Assembly: GCA_028687995.1 (NCBI GenBank)
Contig: JAQTZA010000007.1
Coordinates: forward strand, 21,099 to 85,098
DNA: 64,000 nucleotides
Direction: 5' to 3'
Source: Bacteroidales bacterium
GTDB taxonomy: Bacteria; Bacteroidota; Bacteroidia; Bacteroidales; UBA7332
Under the pieces are notes generated by a model. The model was not told the DNA's origin. It ran no database searches and saw nothing but the letters and a program-made list of their open reading frames with translations. This document shows, one piece after another, positions 18,568 through 28,688 of this stretch. Position 1 is the first letter of the stretch; each line of letters begins with the position of its first letter. Position numbers and translations under genes: made by a program.

Positions 18568-19050
18568 ATGAACGAACGGATTGTGAGCGCAAAGATACAA
18601 GTTTATGAACTTGAAGAACTATCAGAAATCGAAAAAAACCTTATAAAATTGGCTCAAGATGCAACGAGCAGAGCGTATGCTCCATATTCTAAATTTCAAG
18701 TGGGTGCAGCTGCGCTGCTCGAAAATGGTGAAATAATAACGGGAACAAATCAAGAAAATGCAGCCTATCCATCGGGATTGTGTGCTGAACGTGTCGCACT
18801 CTTTTTCGCAAACTCACAATTCCCCAACGTTGGAGTAAAATTATTGGCAATAGCTGCTCAAACAGGTGGCAGCTTCACCAAAGAGTGCACTGCTCCGTGT
18901 GGTTCTTGCCGTCAAGTTATTCTTGAAACAGAAAATCGATTCGACACTCCTATTCGGATTTTAATGGCGGGTAGCGAAGTCATTTATGCTGTGAATAGCA
19001 TCACAGAACTATTGCCACTTCATTTCGACAAAAGTAGCTTGAACGGCTAA
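18568..19050 (+). CDS. cdd: Cytidine deaminase
   Basis: AYAPYSKFQVGAA, ENAAYPSGLCAER and PCGSCRQ. Confidence 0.95.
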   Translation: MNERIVSAKIQVYELEELSEIEKNLIKLAQDATSRAYAPYSKFQVGAAALLENGEIITGTNQENAAYPSGLCAERVALFFANSQFPNVGVKLLAIAAQTGGSFTKECTAPCGSCRQVILETENRFDTPIRILMAGSEVIYAVNSITELLPLHFDKSSLNG

Positions 19051-19092
19051 TTAAATAATTCGAAAAACATATCAATTCGTTCACATTCAAAA

Positions 19093-19233
19093 AATTCGAT
19101 AAGCTCAACACCTTGAATATATCATATTATTATATCATATTGAAAATCAATTTATTAATAATTTTAGAAACAACTACTAAAGCGAATATATACGCAACTG
19201 AGTTGAGCTTATCGGAATTAGAGTTGAGCTTAT
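19093..19233. repeat. Nested inverted and direct repeats upstream of the cassette-like gene (attI-like or decayed attC-like)
   Basis: AATTCGATAAGCTCAAC (19093-19109) is inverted to GTTGAGCTTATCGGAATT (19202-19219). GAGTTGAGCTTAT is repeated directly at 19200 and 19221. Confidence 0.7.
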
Positions 19234-19239
19234 ATTGAT

Positions 19240-20506
19240 GTTAGCGGTAAGGCTAAAAAAATAAAATATAAAACAAAAACATTATGCAAGAGATTAAAAT
19301 TGTAAATCAAGAGAATGATCTTGAACCTAAGAATTTCTCAAAAGGTTATCTCACTTTTCCATTTGACATAAGTCAATTTAAAGATTTCATAACAGGGCTA
19401 CTTGGTAAACCTCAAACCATTTCGAAGAGAATTTCAGGCAACTTTGAAGTACAACTAAGTGACTTACAAAGTTTTTATGAATTGGTTAATCAACGTGTTA
19501 CTCAACAAAACAATGGACAACTAATACAATTTACCGCAAAAATATTCTTTACAGACCGTTCTGCAGTTCAATTAGGAAGTTATAATGAACTTGTAACGTA
19601 CAACGAAGTAAAACCTATTATCTCCGAAGCGGTAAAATTAACTTGGGACTATTTAATTCAATTTAGTGACAAAACACACCCAGAAAAACAAGTAATTGAG
19701 CTGTTAATAATATCAGCAACTGAAAAAGCAGTAATTGAAGACGACGATGTACCCTCTTTTTTATATGTTTCAAAAGGAGAATTCAGAATTAATATTGAAC
19801 ATACTGCGAGAAGTTTTGGGTCGGATATTGAAAATACACTAACAAATCAAATTGAATCACTTTTAAAAAAAGAAAATAAATTCAAACGTTTTGTTAGGAG
19901 ACATAGTAGTAAATTCAGTTTGGGATTTTCATTTTTATTCTTACTTACATCAATTTTTGGGGCTTACTTAGCGACAAGTCATTTTATTGAAAATGAAATG
20001 AAAAGAGTCCAAACATATACTAATTCCGCTCAACATACAGTTAATGAAAAGGTTGATTTTCTTACATCCTATATGGCTAGCGGTGTTTCTTCACAACATT
20101 ATTTTAAAGTGGTGATTTTCTTGCTTATTTCAGTGATTTTATCTATACTTTTTGGGGTTTGGATTGAAGAAACTGCTTCAAATAACAGAGAACTAAGCTT
20201 TGTAACCCTAACTCGAAAAGCAAAAGATTATAGAGATGAAATTAGAAAAAAAATGGAACATAAGTGGACTTGGTTTTTAATTTCAATTGGAACGAGTATC
20301 GCAACAGGAATAATCGCAAACATTATTTTTAATTTTCTTGTGGAAAAGCCCTAACCGCTAACACACGCCTATGTCCATTGGCTGGCTGACGTGCATTCCG
20401 GCAGTTTTGCTCCCGCATTCACCTTGTCGTTCCACGAAAGCGAACGCTCCCGCAAATGAAACATCCCGCCTAAGCGGTGACCGCCAAATGCCCATAGCCT
20501 CGGTCG
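19240..20506 (+). mobile_element. Solitary integron-type gene cassette (putative)
   Basis: It starts with GTTAGCGGTAAGGCT and has the near-perfect inverse AGCCCTAACCGCTAAC at the gene stop. A 155-bp imperfect palindrome follows and ends in GTT. The cargo gene is AT-rich. Confidence 0.55.
19284..20354 (+). CDS. Hypothetical membrane protein (cassette cargo)
   Basis: Long open AT-rich ORF with a soluble N-terminal region of about 205 aa and three C-terminal hydrophobic segments. No family recognised. Confidence 0.8.
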   Translation: MQEIKIVNQENDLEPKNFSKGYLTFPFDISQFKDFITGLLGKPQTISKRISGNFEVQLSDLQSFYELVNQRVTQQNNGQLIQFTAKIFFTDRSAVQLGSYNELVTYNEVKPIISEAVKLTWDYLIQFSDKTHPEKQVIELLIISATEKAVIEDDDVPSFLYVSKGEFRINIEHTARSFGSDIENTLTNQIESLLKKENKFKRFVRRHSSKFSLGFSFLFLLTSIFGAYLATSHFIENEMKRVQTYTNSAQHTVNEKVDFLTSYMASGVSSQHYFKVVIFLLISVILSILFGVWIEETASNNRELSFVTLTRKAKDYRDEIRKKMEHKWTWFLISIGTSIATGIIANIIFNFLVEKP

Positions 20507-20512
20507 TTTCAA
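20355..20512. repeat. attC-like recombination site
   Basis: CCGCTAAC (R''-like), CTATGTCCATTGGC (20369-20382), its imperfect inverse GCCAAATGCCCATAG (20483-20497), then GTT at 20506. Confidence 0.55.
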
Positions 20513-20525
20513 AAAAATAATCTCT

Positions 20526-21773
20526 ATGAATAAACTTCTTTACATATTGCTTTTCCAACTTATTCTACCAGCCGTCGTTGCACAATCTAAAGCAGCAGAC
20601 GATCTGGTGAGAACTCTCACAGTAAGGGTGAAAGAGAATTGGCAAGTACCGCCAGTGATAGAACTGAATGGAGATCAGAGCATTGAAATTAAATTCGATT
20701 ATCTGGATTTGAATGTTCACTATTTCTACTATAAGATTACCCATTGCGATGCCAGTTGGAAACCAACAGACATTTCAGAATCTGAATTTCTCAATGGATT
20801 CAATAACCAACCGATTGAGATTCACAAAACATCGTTCAACACCTACGAAAACTACACTAACTATCAATTTACGATTCCAAATGACAATTTAAAAGTCAGA
20901 CTTTCGGGCAATTATCAAGTGACAATTTATGACAACGACAACCCCGAAACCGTCATTGCAACGGCACGTTTTTCGGTGTACGAACGGTTAGTGAATGTAG
21001 GAGCAACAATCAACACCATTACAGATATCGATTACAATCGCGGACATCAACAACTCGATTTGCAGATTGATACGCGCAACTACACCATCAGAACGCCTCA
21101 AATGGAAATGAAAGTGGTTGTGAATCAGAATAGCCGAACCGACAACCAGGCATTGCTGACGATTCCTACGATCACTCAAGGTTCGAATCTACTATTTACG
21201 CATGTTCGTGACCTGATTTTTGAAGCAGGCAATGAGTTTCGACGTTTCGAAATGGTTTCGTACCGATACAATGGGCTCAATGTAGAGCAAATTAAACACA
21301 TCAACCCCTATTTTCATGCCTTTCTCTATCGCGATAAAATCAAGACATTCAGCACCTATGTTTATGACCAAGACCAAGATGGTCGTTGCTTTATCAGAAA
21401 TAGCGAAGCACAAGATTTCGACAACGAATCCGACTATTTCGTCACCCACTTTTCGTTAGCATCAGATGCACCAATAGGAAACGGGAAACTCTATATTTTA
21501 GGCGAATTTAATGGTTTTAAAATAGATCCGGCGTGGGAAATGGAGTACGACATCGATCAACGGGCATACACAAAAAAGATTTCGCTGAAACAAGGTGCAT
21601 ACAATTATCAGTATATCTTTGTACCCGATGGACAACAAAAGGGAACCACCGCTTTAACCGATGGAAATTTCTACGAAACGGAGAACGAATACACTGTACG
21701 AGTATTTCATCGACCCATCGGAGGAAGATACGATAGGTTAGTAGGATATGGTTTATTCAAATCGACTAAATAA
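20526..21773 (+). CDS. DUF5103 / type IX secretion system plug-like protein
   Basis: Signal peptide; YKITHCDASW, FEAGNEFRRF, LKQGAYNYQY and GNFYETENEY...YDRLVG motifs. Confidence 0.75.
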   Translation: MNKLLYILLFQLILPAVVAQSKAADDLVRTLTVRVKENWQVPPVIELNGDQSIEIKFDYLDLNVHYFYYKITHCDASWKPTDISESEFLNGFNNQPIEIHKTSFNTYENYTNYQFTIPNDNLKVRLSGNYQVTIYDNDNPETVIATARFSVYERLVNVGATINTITDIDYNRGHQQLDLQIDTRNYTIRTPQMEMKVVVNQNSRTDNQALLTIPTITQGSNLLFTHVRDLIFEAGNEFRRFEMVSYRYNGLNVEQIKHINPYFHAFLYRDKIKTFSTYVYDQDQDGRCFIRNSEAQDFDNESDYFVTHFSLASDAPIGNGKLYILGEFNGFKIDPAWEMEYDIDQRAYTKKISLKQGAYNYQYIFVPDGQQKGTTALTDGNFYETENEYTVRVFHRPIGGRYDRLVGYGLFKSTK

Positions 21774-21781
21774 TGTGAATT

Positions 21782-22069
21782 ATGAACAACAAGGAACTGA
21801 CTGCTCAATTGTCGAAAAAAATGGGTCACTCAATCCCCGAAACTCAGACATTGCTGAAAACAACCTGTGAAGTATTGGGTGCTACATTTGCAGAAATGAA
21901 TTCATTGACCATTCAAGGATTCGGAACCTTTGAGGTAAAGAAAAAACAAGAACGTCTCACTATTCATCCTAGTTCTGGAAAGAGATTGTTGATTCCACCG
22001 AAATTGCATCTAGTCTTTTTGGCAAGCAAATCATTCAAAGAAAAACTGAAAGGAGAAAATCATGAATAA
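21782..22069 (+). CDS. HU family DNA-binding protein
   Basis: MNNKELTAQLSKK...TIQGFGTFEVKKKQER...HPSSGK. Confidence 0.9.
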   Translation: MNNKELTAQLSKKMGHSIPETQTLLKTTCEVLGATFAEMNSLTIQGFGTFEVKKKQERLTIHPSSGKRLLIPPKLHLVFLASKSFKEKLKGENHE

Positions 22070-23006
22070 CAAATTATCCTTATCAGACTTGACCGACCAT
22101 TTAGCAAAAACGGCAAACATATCAAAAAAAGATGCTGCCATTTTTCTGAAAAACCTGTTCGAAACCATCGAAGAAAATCTATCGACGGATAAAATTGTCA
22201 AGATAAAAGGACTGGGTACGTTCAAATTGGTGAAAGTAGAAAGTCGTCGCATAGCGAATGTGAACACGGGTGAACTTCAAGAAATTGCAAGTCATTACAA
22301 AACTTCTTTTATTCCCGATGAGGCGCTTGCTAATGCGGTAAACGAGCCGTTTGCACACCTTGAGACAATGATTCTTGATGAAGAAACCATTGCCGATCAA
22401 CCGATAGTGCCAATCGAACAGAGCGAAAATAGGGCTAAGCAAGAAGAACATCCGATAATTAATAGTGACATTGAATCCGCCAAAGAGAGTGAAGACTCCA
22501 TAGATCATACAAAATCACAACGCAGATTGCGGTGGGTTTACTATTTTATCGTTTTACTGCTCATCACAAGTGGCACCTATTTTGGATGCAACTTCTATTA
22601 TGGCAACTATGCCACCAAACAATCATCAGCGCCACAACCAGTTGTAGTCAAAGACTCAATTACACAACCTAAATCAGATTCTTTGATTATTAAATCGGTC
22701 ACAAAAGCGATGGAATCTGTTGATAATAATCAAATCGAACTCAATGCCGATGACATTTTAGCCAAAGTGACGATGGAACCGGGAGCACGATTAACACGCA
22801 TTTCACTCAAATACTATGGTGAAAAGGCATTTTGGGTCTATATTTATGAAGCGAATAAATCATTGATTCGAAACCCAAACAGAGTTCCAACAGGAATTGA
22901 GATTGTAATTCCCAAAAAGGAAATCTACCAAATAGATTCAAACAATCCAGAATCTGTAACAAAAGCAAAAGCATTGGAAACTAAAATACTATCGAACCTT
23001 GAATAA
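22062..23006 (+). CDS. HU domain-TM-LysM-like fusion protein
   Basis: N-terminal HU fold ([12 protein letters not shown]...NVNTGE), one TM helix, and a C-terminal [10 protein letters not shown]...IYEAN...NPNRVPTG LysM-like motif. Confidence 0.8.
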   Translation: MNNKLSLSDLTDHLAKTANISKKDAAIFLKNLFETIEENLSTDKIVKIKGLGTFKLVKVESRRIANVNTGELQEIASHYKTSFIPDEALANAVNEPFAHLETMILDEETIADQPIVPIEQSENRAKQEEHPIINSDIESAKESEDSIDHTKSQRRLRWVYYFIVLLLITSGTYFGCNFYYGNYATKQSSAPQPVVVKDSITQPKSDSLIIKSVTKAMESVDNNQIELNADDILAKVTMEPGARLTRISLKYYGEKAFWVYIYEANKSLIRNPNRVPTGIEIVIPKKEIYQIDSNNPESVTKAKALETKILSNLE

Positions 23007-23035
23007 CCAACACACAATTCAAAATCTCTAAATCT

Positions 23036-23467
23036 ATGAAAGCGAAAGGATTAATACAAGAATTCAAACAATTTGCCATGCGTGGCAATGTAAGCGACAT
23101 GGCTGTAGGTATTATTATCGGAGCAGCTTTTGGAAAAATCGTCTCTTCATTAGTAGCTGACATTATTATGCCTCCCATTGGCTTACTAGTTGGAGGTGTC
23201 AATTTCACAAACCTCAAAATCGTGATGCAGCAAGCAAACGAAATGGAAGGTTTGAAGGAGGTTAGCCTCAACTACGGAAATTTCCTTCAAGTGGTATTCG
23301 ATTTTGTGATTGTAGCATTCTGTATCTTTATGCTCATCAAATTTATGAACCGACTGAGCGAGAAAAAAGAGATTGAAACTCCTGCCCCACCGCCAGCACC
23401 CGTTGAACCATCGGATGAAGTAAAATTATTAACTGATATTCGAAATCTCTTGAGTGAGAAGAAATAA
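23036..23467 (+). CDS. mscL: Large-conductance mechanosensitive channel
   Basis: [39 protein letters not shown]...LLTDIRNLL. Confidence 0.97.
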   Translation: MKAKGLIQEFKQFAMRGNVSDMAVGIIIGAAFGKIVSSLVADIIMPPIGLLVGGVNFTNLKIVMQQANEMEGLKEVSLNYGNFLQVVFDFVIVAFCIFMLIKFMNRLSEKKEIETPAPPPAPVEPSDEVKLLTDIRNLLSEKK

Positions 23468-23482
23468 GTTCAAAGAATCTTT

Positions 23483-23524
23483 AAATGGAGTGTAAAAAAT
23501 CAAAAATGTTTACACTCCATTTTT
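23483..23524 (+). terminator. Terminator after mscL
   Basis: AAATGGAGTGTAAA...TTTACACTCCATTTTT. Confidence 0.7.
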
Positions 23525-23554
23525 AATTCCTTTAGTTTTGTAAAAAAAAAGAGT

Positions 23555-24475
23555 ATGCTAAACGAATTCGATACAATTGCAAAAACAACGGTAGATAGCG
23601 TGGAGACCCACATTTCAAAAACAATTGGTTTACCTACCAGTATCAACGACCTTTCTGGAGAAACTTTACACGCTTTTCTTCAACAATTAGCGACACAAGC
23701 GCTAGGTTTTGCGACAAAGCTGCTCATCGCTTTAGTAATCTATTTCGTTGGTCGATGGATTATCGGTCGATTGAAGCGCATTTGCATCAAAATATTCGAC
23801 AGACGAGAGATGGATCTTTCCCTTCGTACCTTCCTGATTAGTTTGATAAATATCGGACTAACCATCGTTCTTATCGTCGTGATAATAGGCATTCTTGGTA
23901 TTGAGACCAGTTCTTTTGTAGCACTATTTGCCTCTGCCGGTGTGGCGGTTGGTCTTGCATTGAGCGGCACATTGCAAAATTTTGCGGGTGGCGTGATGGT
24001 ACTGCTTTTCAAACCATATAAAGTAAATGATGTGATCGAAGCGCAAGGTTATACAGGTACTGTGAAAGAGATTCAGATTTTCAACACTGTGCTCAATACC
24101 TTCGACAACAAAGCGATCATAATTCCCAACGGTAGCCTCGCAACAGGTATCATTAATAACTTCTCAAAAGAGAATCGTCGTCGCATCGAGTGGACTTTTG
24201 GCATTGCCTATGGAGATGATTTTGATAAAGCTAAATCTTTAATTTTAAGACTCTTGCAGCAAGATGACCGTGTGCAAAAAGAGCCAGTAGAACCATTCGT
24301 CGCTTTAGCAAAACTGGGTGATAATTCTGTGGATATAGTAGTGCGTGTCTGGGTCGAAAGTTCCGAATATTGGAACGTATATTTCGATTTGAACGAATTG
24401 GTTTACAAAAACTTTGCCGAAGCAGGTCTCAATATACCATTCCCACAAATGGATATTCACTTGAAGAGAGATTGA
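23555..24475 (+). CDS. mscS: Small-conductance mechanosensitive channel
   Basis: GVAVGLALSGTLQNFAGG, IIIPNG and GLNIPFPQ. Confidence 0.93.
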   Translation: MLNEFDTIAKTTVDSVETHISKTIGLPTSINDLSGETLHAFLQQLATQALGFATKLLIALVIYFVGRWIIGRLKRICIKIFDRREMDLSLRTFLISLINIGLTIVLIVVIIGILGIETSSFVALFASAGVAVGLALSGTLQNFAGGVMVLLFKPYKVNDVIEAQGYTGTVKEIQIFNTVLNTFDNKAIIIPNGSLATGIINNFSKENRRRIEWTFGIAYGDDFDKAKSLILRLLQQDDRVQKEPVEPFVALAKLGDNSVDIVVRVWVESSEYWNVYFDLNELVYKNFAEAGLNIPFPQMDIHLKRD

Positions 24476-24627
24476 ATCCCAAGTTTTCGATAATAATATT
24501 ATCTACTGAGAATTTAAACTTAAATTTTCATAGAAACAAATCAGAACTATTATTCTGATTAAAGCGTTGTATTTCTGAGTTTCCAATAATTCGTATAAAA
24601 ATCTCGTCGCTTCATTCAAAATTCAAA

Positions 24628-26037
24628 ATGACAAAGACAAATAAGCTGAGCACAAAAGAAAAATCGGTTCGTATCAATATTGATTCGAAATACTACGGAG
24701 CAATCGCCGAAATTGGTGGTGGACAAGAGACTGCCCGACATCTATTTCAAGCGGGTGGCGCATCTAATACCGTTGCTAAATCCATTTCAGCGTATGATAA
24801 GCTTTTCAGCGACCATTTTTATAATCACGGAACACCCTCGCGTTATGTCGCAGAAGATCGTTTGCGTAAAATGGTGGATTATGAGTACGACGAACTGATT
24901 GAAATTCTGGACAAAAAAAACAGCCAAAAATTCTTTGCTTTTGCCAATACGGTTGAGACCCTAAACTTCACGAAAACGAATCAAGGAAGCGGTTGGCTGG
25001 GCATTTCGGTAGAAGGCACAAAGCGGTATGAGCCGAATAAGATTTTCATTCACGTAAAGTTGCACGAAAACGACACCTTATTGCAACAATATACACTTGG
25101 AGCCTTAGGCATAAATCTCATTTATGGCGGTCTTTTTGAATGGGAAGATCCCCGCAAAATTCTCCTTTCACTGCTCGACAATCTGGATACTGATCGTGTA
25201 GAAGTCGATTATATATATGTAGAAGGCCCCGATATGAAATGGGTGGACAATCGCATTCTTAATCTGATGTTGGTCAGCAACAACATGACACCCGCCATCA
25301 TGTTCGACAAAGATGGCAAAGTGCAACAACCCAGTGATATGTTGCACAAAAAGAATGTCCTTTTGCTCAGAGGATATTTCAGACCGATTAATAATTTGGG
25401 AATAGATTTCATCAACGATAGTCTGGCAATATTCAAGCAAGACGAAGATTATATGCCTGATAATACGATTGCGTTTTGCGAAATTTCGTTGAATTCACTC
25501 ATGCGAAACGAAAAAGTAGATGAAAAGGATTTTCTTCATCGGGTAGATTTGCTCAATATGATGGGGCAAAGTGTGATGATCTCTCGTTTCACACGTTTCT
25601 TCAAATTGGTCAACTATTTTGCGCAGTTTAAGATGATTAAACTTCGACTCGTGATTGGACTGCCTACTTTCGAGAAAATTCTAGACAACCAAAACTACAC
25701 CGATTTGCGAGGTGGACTTCTGGAAGCAATGGGCACCATGTTTCAAGAAAATGTAAAAATTTACCTATTCCCTTACCTCGACTCTAAAACGGATGAAGTG
25801 AAATATCCCGAAGATACACACTTCTCACCAGAGAATCGCCTTCTGTGGCAATACCTGAATATAACAAAAAAAATACTGATTCTGAACAGCATTTCTTCTA
25901 GAAATTTGAAAATAAATTCAGAATATATCACAAAACTAATTGAAAATGGCAATGACAGTTTTGCTGAATTTGTTCCACAAGAAGTTTTTGAGCATATTAA
26001 AAAGCACAAGCTATTTGGTTATGATCGAAATAAATAG
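24628..26037 (+). CDS. Conserved Bacteroidota protein with a possible nucleotidyltransferase-like C-terminal fold
   Basis: YGAIAEIGGGQETAR...AKSISAYD at the N-terminus, an LRGYFRP motif, and C-terminal VPQEVFEHIKKHKLFGY resembling the end of NadD. Confidence 0.55.
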   Translation: MTKTNKLSTKEKSVRINIDSKYYGAIAEIGGGQETARHLFQAGGASNTVAKSISAYDKLFSDHFYNHGTPSRYVAEDRLRKMVDYEYDELIEILDKKNSQKFFAFANTVETLNFTKTNQGSGWLGISVEGTKRYEPNKIFIHVKLHENDTLLQQYTLGALGINLIYGGLFEWEDPRKILLSLLDNLDTDRVEVDYIYVEGPDMKWVDNRILNLMLVSNNMTPAIMFDKDGKVQQPSDMLHKKNVLLLRGYFRPINNLGIDFINDSLAIFKQDEDYMPDNTIAFCEISLNSLMRNEKVDEKDFLHRVDLLNMMGQSVMISRFTRFFKLVNYFAQFKMIKLRLVIGLPTFEKILDNQNYTDLRGGLLEAMGTMFQENVKIYLFPYLDSKTDEVKYPEDTHFSPENRLLWQYLNITKKILILNSISSRNLKINSEYITKLIENGNDSFAEFVPQEVFEHIKKHKLFGYDRNK

Positions 26038-26224
26038 GCGTACATTTCTTCGCCATTTTATCATCAACTTTTTGGGCAAAAACATTCATTATCACTTCTC
26101 TAATTAATCAAGATGATATATCTTTGCACTCGAAAATAAGCTGGGTGGTACTTTTTGCTGCAATAAGGAATCAAACGTCATTTTTTCACACAAATTTATT
26201 ACAAATTTACAAACCAAATAATCA

Positions 26225-27517
26225 ATGGATAATCAAGCTTTATCTCTCAACAACACCATCGTGGCAACCAATGCGAATGTGTTGAGTATGCTCTCTGAAC
26301 GAGGAAAAAATATATTTTTCCCAAAATTGGGAATTCTAGCGCAAGCTGCGCAAGCACGTGGTAAAGCTATCAATGCAACTATTGGTGAAGCGGTAGAAGA
26401 CGATGGTTCGTCGATGCACCTTCCTGAGTTCGATGCATTGGTGAATATGCCAACTGCCAATATTTTCCCTTATGCGCCGAGTTTTGGAAAACCCGAATTT
26501 CGCTCTTTGTGGAAAGATTCAATCTATCGAAAAAATCCATCTTTGAAAGAGACAGTGATTAGTAATCCGATTGCAACCAATGGCTTGACGCACGGTCTCA
26601 GCATGGCAGCATATCTGTTTGCCAACGAAGACGACACGGTTTTACTATCGAACCACTACTGGGAAAACTACAACCTGATTTTCGAAAACAACTACGGCGC
26701 AACGGTCGAAACTTTCGAACTATTTGCAAATGGTGGCTTCAACGTAGCTGATTTCGGTAAAAAACTGAACGAAATCGAAGGTGAGAAAATCATCACGCTG
26801 CTCAATTTCCCTAATAATCCGGCTGGTTACACGCCGCTGGTTTCTGAAATTGCAACCATCGTTGCCGAAATCAAAAAAGTAGCTGACAAAGGCAAAAAAG
26901 TGATCGTGTTGATCGATGATGCTTACTTCGGATTGGTGTACGAAGAGAACGTATTCACAGAGTCAATCTTTGTGGAACTGGCAAACTTGTCGGAAAATGT
27001 GTTAGCAGTGAAACTCGACGGCCCAACCAAAGAAGATTACGTGTGGGGATTCCGTGTGGGTTTCATCACCTACGCCATCAAAGGCGGAACAGCCGAACTA
27101 TACGAAGCACTCGAAAACAAAACAGCAGGTGCTGTGCGTGGTAACATCTCAAACATCAGCCAATTGTCGCAATCGATGTTGTTCAAAGTTTACTCAGCAC
27201 CAACGTACGAGCAATCAAAAAAAGAGAAATTCGACATCTTGAAAGGACGCTACGACATCCTTCGTGACGCACTTTCTAACCCCAAATATGCTGAATATTT
27301 CTCACCACTGCCGTTCAACTCGGGCTACTTTATGTGTGTAGAGCCTAAAAAAGGCCTCGTGGCTGAAGAGATCCGCAAACACCTGCTCGAAAAATACAGC
27401 ACCGGTGTAATTGTTTTGGGCAGTGTGATTCGTCTGGCATTCTCAGCCGTTCCACAAGCCAAATTACCGGAATTGGTAGAAAACATCTACAACGCTTGTG
27501 TTGATTTAGATAAATAG
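26225..27517 (+). CDS. PLP-dependent aminotransferase class I/II
   Basis: NFPNNPAGYT, IDDAYFG and KLDGPTKEDYVWGFRVG. Confidence 0.92.
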   Translation: MDNQALSLNNTIVATNANVLSMLSERGKNIFFPKLGILAQAAQARGKAINATIGEAVEDDGSSMHLPEFDALVNMPTANIFPYAPSFGKPEFRSLWKDSIYRKNPSLKETVISNPIATNGLTHGLSMAAYLFANEDDTVLLSNHYWENYNLIFENNYGATVETFELFANGGFNVADFGKKLNEIEGEKIITLLNFPNNPAGYTPLVSEIATIVAEIKKVADKGKKVIVLIDDAYFGLVYEENVFTESIFVELANLSENVLAVKLDGPTKEDYVWGFRVGFITYAIKGGTAELYEALENKTAGAVRGNISNISQLSQSMLFKVYSAPTYEQSKKEKFDILKGRYDILRDALSNPKYAEYFSPLPFNSGYFMCVEPKKGLVAEEIRKHLLEKYSTGVIVLGSVIRLAFSAVPQAKLPELVENIYNACVDLDK

Positions 27518-27544
27518 GTCAAATACAACGAAATATTTGTGGTG

Positions 27545-27570
27545 AAGGCGGATTTTTATCCGCCTTTTCT
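27545..27570 (+). terminator. Hairpin/terminator, copy 1
   Basis: AAGGCGGAT-tttt-ATCCGCCTT-ttct after the aminotransferase gene. Confidence 0.7.
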
Positions 27571-27649
27571 GTTTCGTGAAGTTTGCGAATTAGTAAAGAA
27601 TAAATATATTTGTTGTTGGAAAATAGTATCCTATAACATCATTCAAAAA

Positions 27650-27946
27650 ATGATAAAATTAAATATACCCTCAAACTGGGTGATTGTAAAGTCTGACTTA
27701 CTTGAAATAGAAGAAAAGCAAGATAATTCACTTTTAATTGAAGATCTTTTTCAAATAAAAAGGATGAATTATCTAATTGATGCAGGCTGGTACGATAACC
27801 AAAATGCATTTGTCATTTATCTGATTCAAGAATCAAGTTGGGACGATCCTATTATTAAGATTAAAAGTAACGATTTGCAAAGTTGTATTGAAGCTATTCA
27901 ATTTTCAATTTATTATGTAGATAGACTTTTTGATCAATCCAATTGA
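27650..27946 (+). CDS. Small acidic hypothetical protein (immunity-protein-like)
   Basis: AT-rich, with EDLFQI...YLIDAGWY...FVIYLIQESSWDDPI. The start is set at ATG 27650, downstream of the TATATTTG box. Confidence 0.6.
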   Translation: MIKLNIPSNWVIVKSDLLEIEEKQDNSLLIEDLFQIKRMNYLIDAGWYDNQNAFVIYLIQESSWDDPIIKIKSNDLQSCIEAIQFSIYYVDRLFDQSN

Positions 27947-27967
27947 CTAATAAAAATCAGAAATATA

Positions 27968-28606
27968 ATGAAATTTAATAGAAAAATAATGAGTCTTGTT
28001 TTGTGCTGTATTTTTATAAGCTGTAATTCCCAAAATAATAGCAAAACACAGTCAATTAATAGCAGAAATGCTAATAATCAATTAGATATAACTCAATCTT
28101 GTCAAAAAGCAACCAGTACTTTAAAATATGATGACTACAATGTTGTTAAAGACACTCTGAAAATTAATTCAGATGATGATTTTATAGACTACCCATTTGG
28201 CTGTTTTAAAAAATTAGCAGATTTAAAGAACCAAATGAAGAATCTGCATTATAAACAAGAGTGCTATGAAGATCAGGATAAGACTAAATTAGAAAAGTTT
28301 TATTCTGGTAGAAATTATGTAAAGTTCTATTTTGTAGAAAGATTTATTGATAAAAAAAGTCGATATGAGATTGTATCGGCAAAAATATTGGATAATGATA
28401 TATTATTGACAAACGGAGTTCATATAGGTATGTCCAAAACTGAATTCTTGTCAATTATTCCTTCAGCAATCAAAATTAGTAATGAGGGAATTAATGTAGT
28501 AGAGTTATGTTGGGATGTTCTTGGAGTGTATCATTATTATAGCTTTAGTAATGATACTCTAACATCAATAATTATTGATACTGATTTTCAAGTTAATAAA
28601 AATTAG
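27968..28606 (+). CDS. Hypothetical lipoprotein
   Basis: Lipobox-like IFISC-NSQ at the N-terminus; AT-rich. Confidence 0.7.
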   Translation: MKFNRKIMSLVLCCIFISCNSQNNSKTQSINSRNANNQLDITQSCQKATSTLKYDDYNVVKDTLKINSDDDFIDYPFGCFKKLADLKNQMKNLHYKQECYEDQDKTKLEKFYSGRNYVKFYFVERFIDKKSRYEIVSAKILDNDILLTNGVHIGMSKTEFLSIIPSAIKISNEGINVVELCWDVLGVYHYYSFSNDTLTSIIIDTDFQVNKN

Positions 28607-28688
28607 AGAGAATAGTATAAAATATAGATTTATAGCCATATCAAACTACAAACAAAAACCAAACCATGCACAAAGCCACTCCTTGGTC

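Noticed and set aside
20358-20558. 66-aa minus-strand ORF
   Set aside because: It is a translation of the attC-like palindrome.
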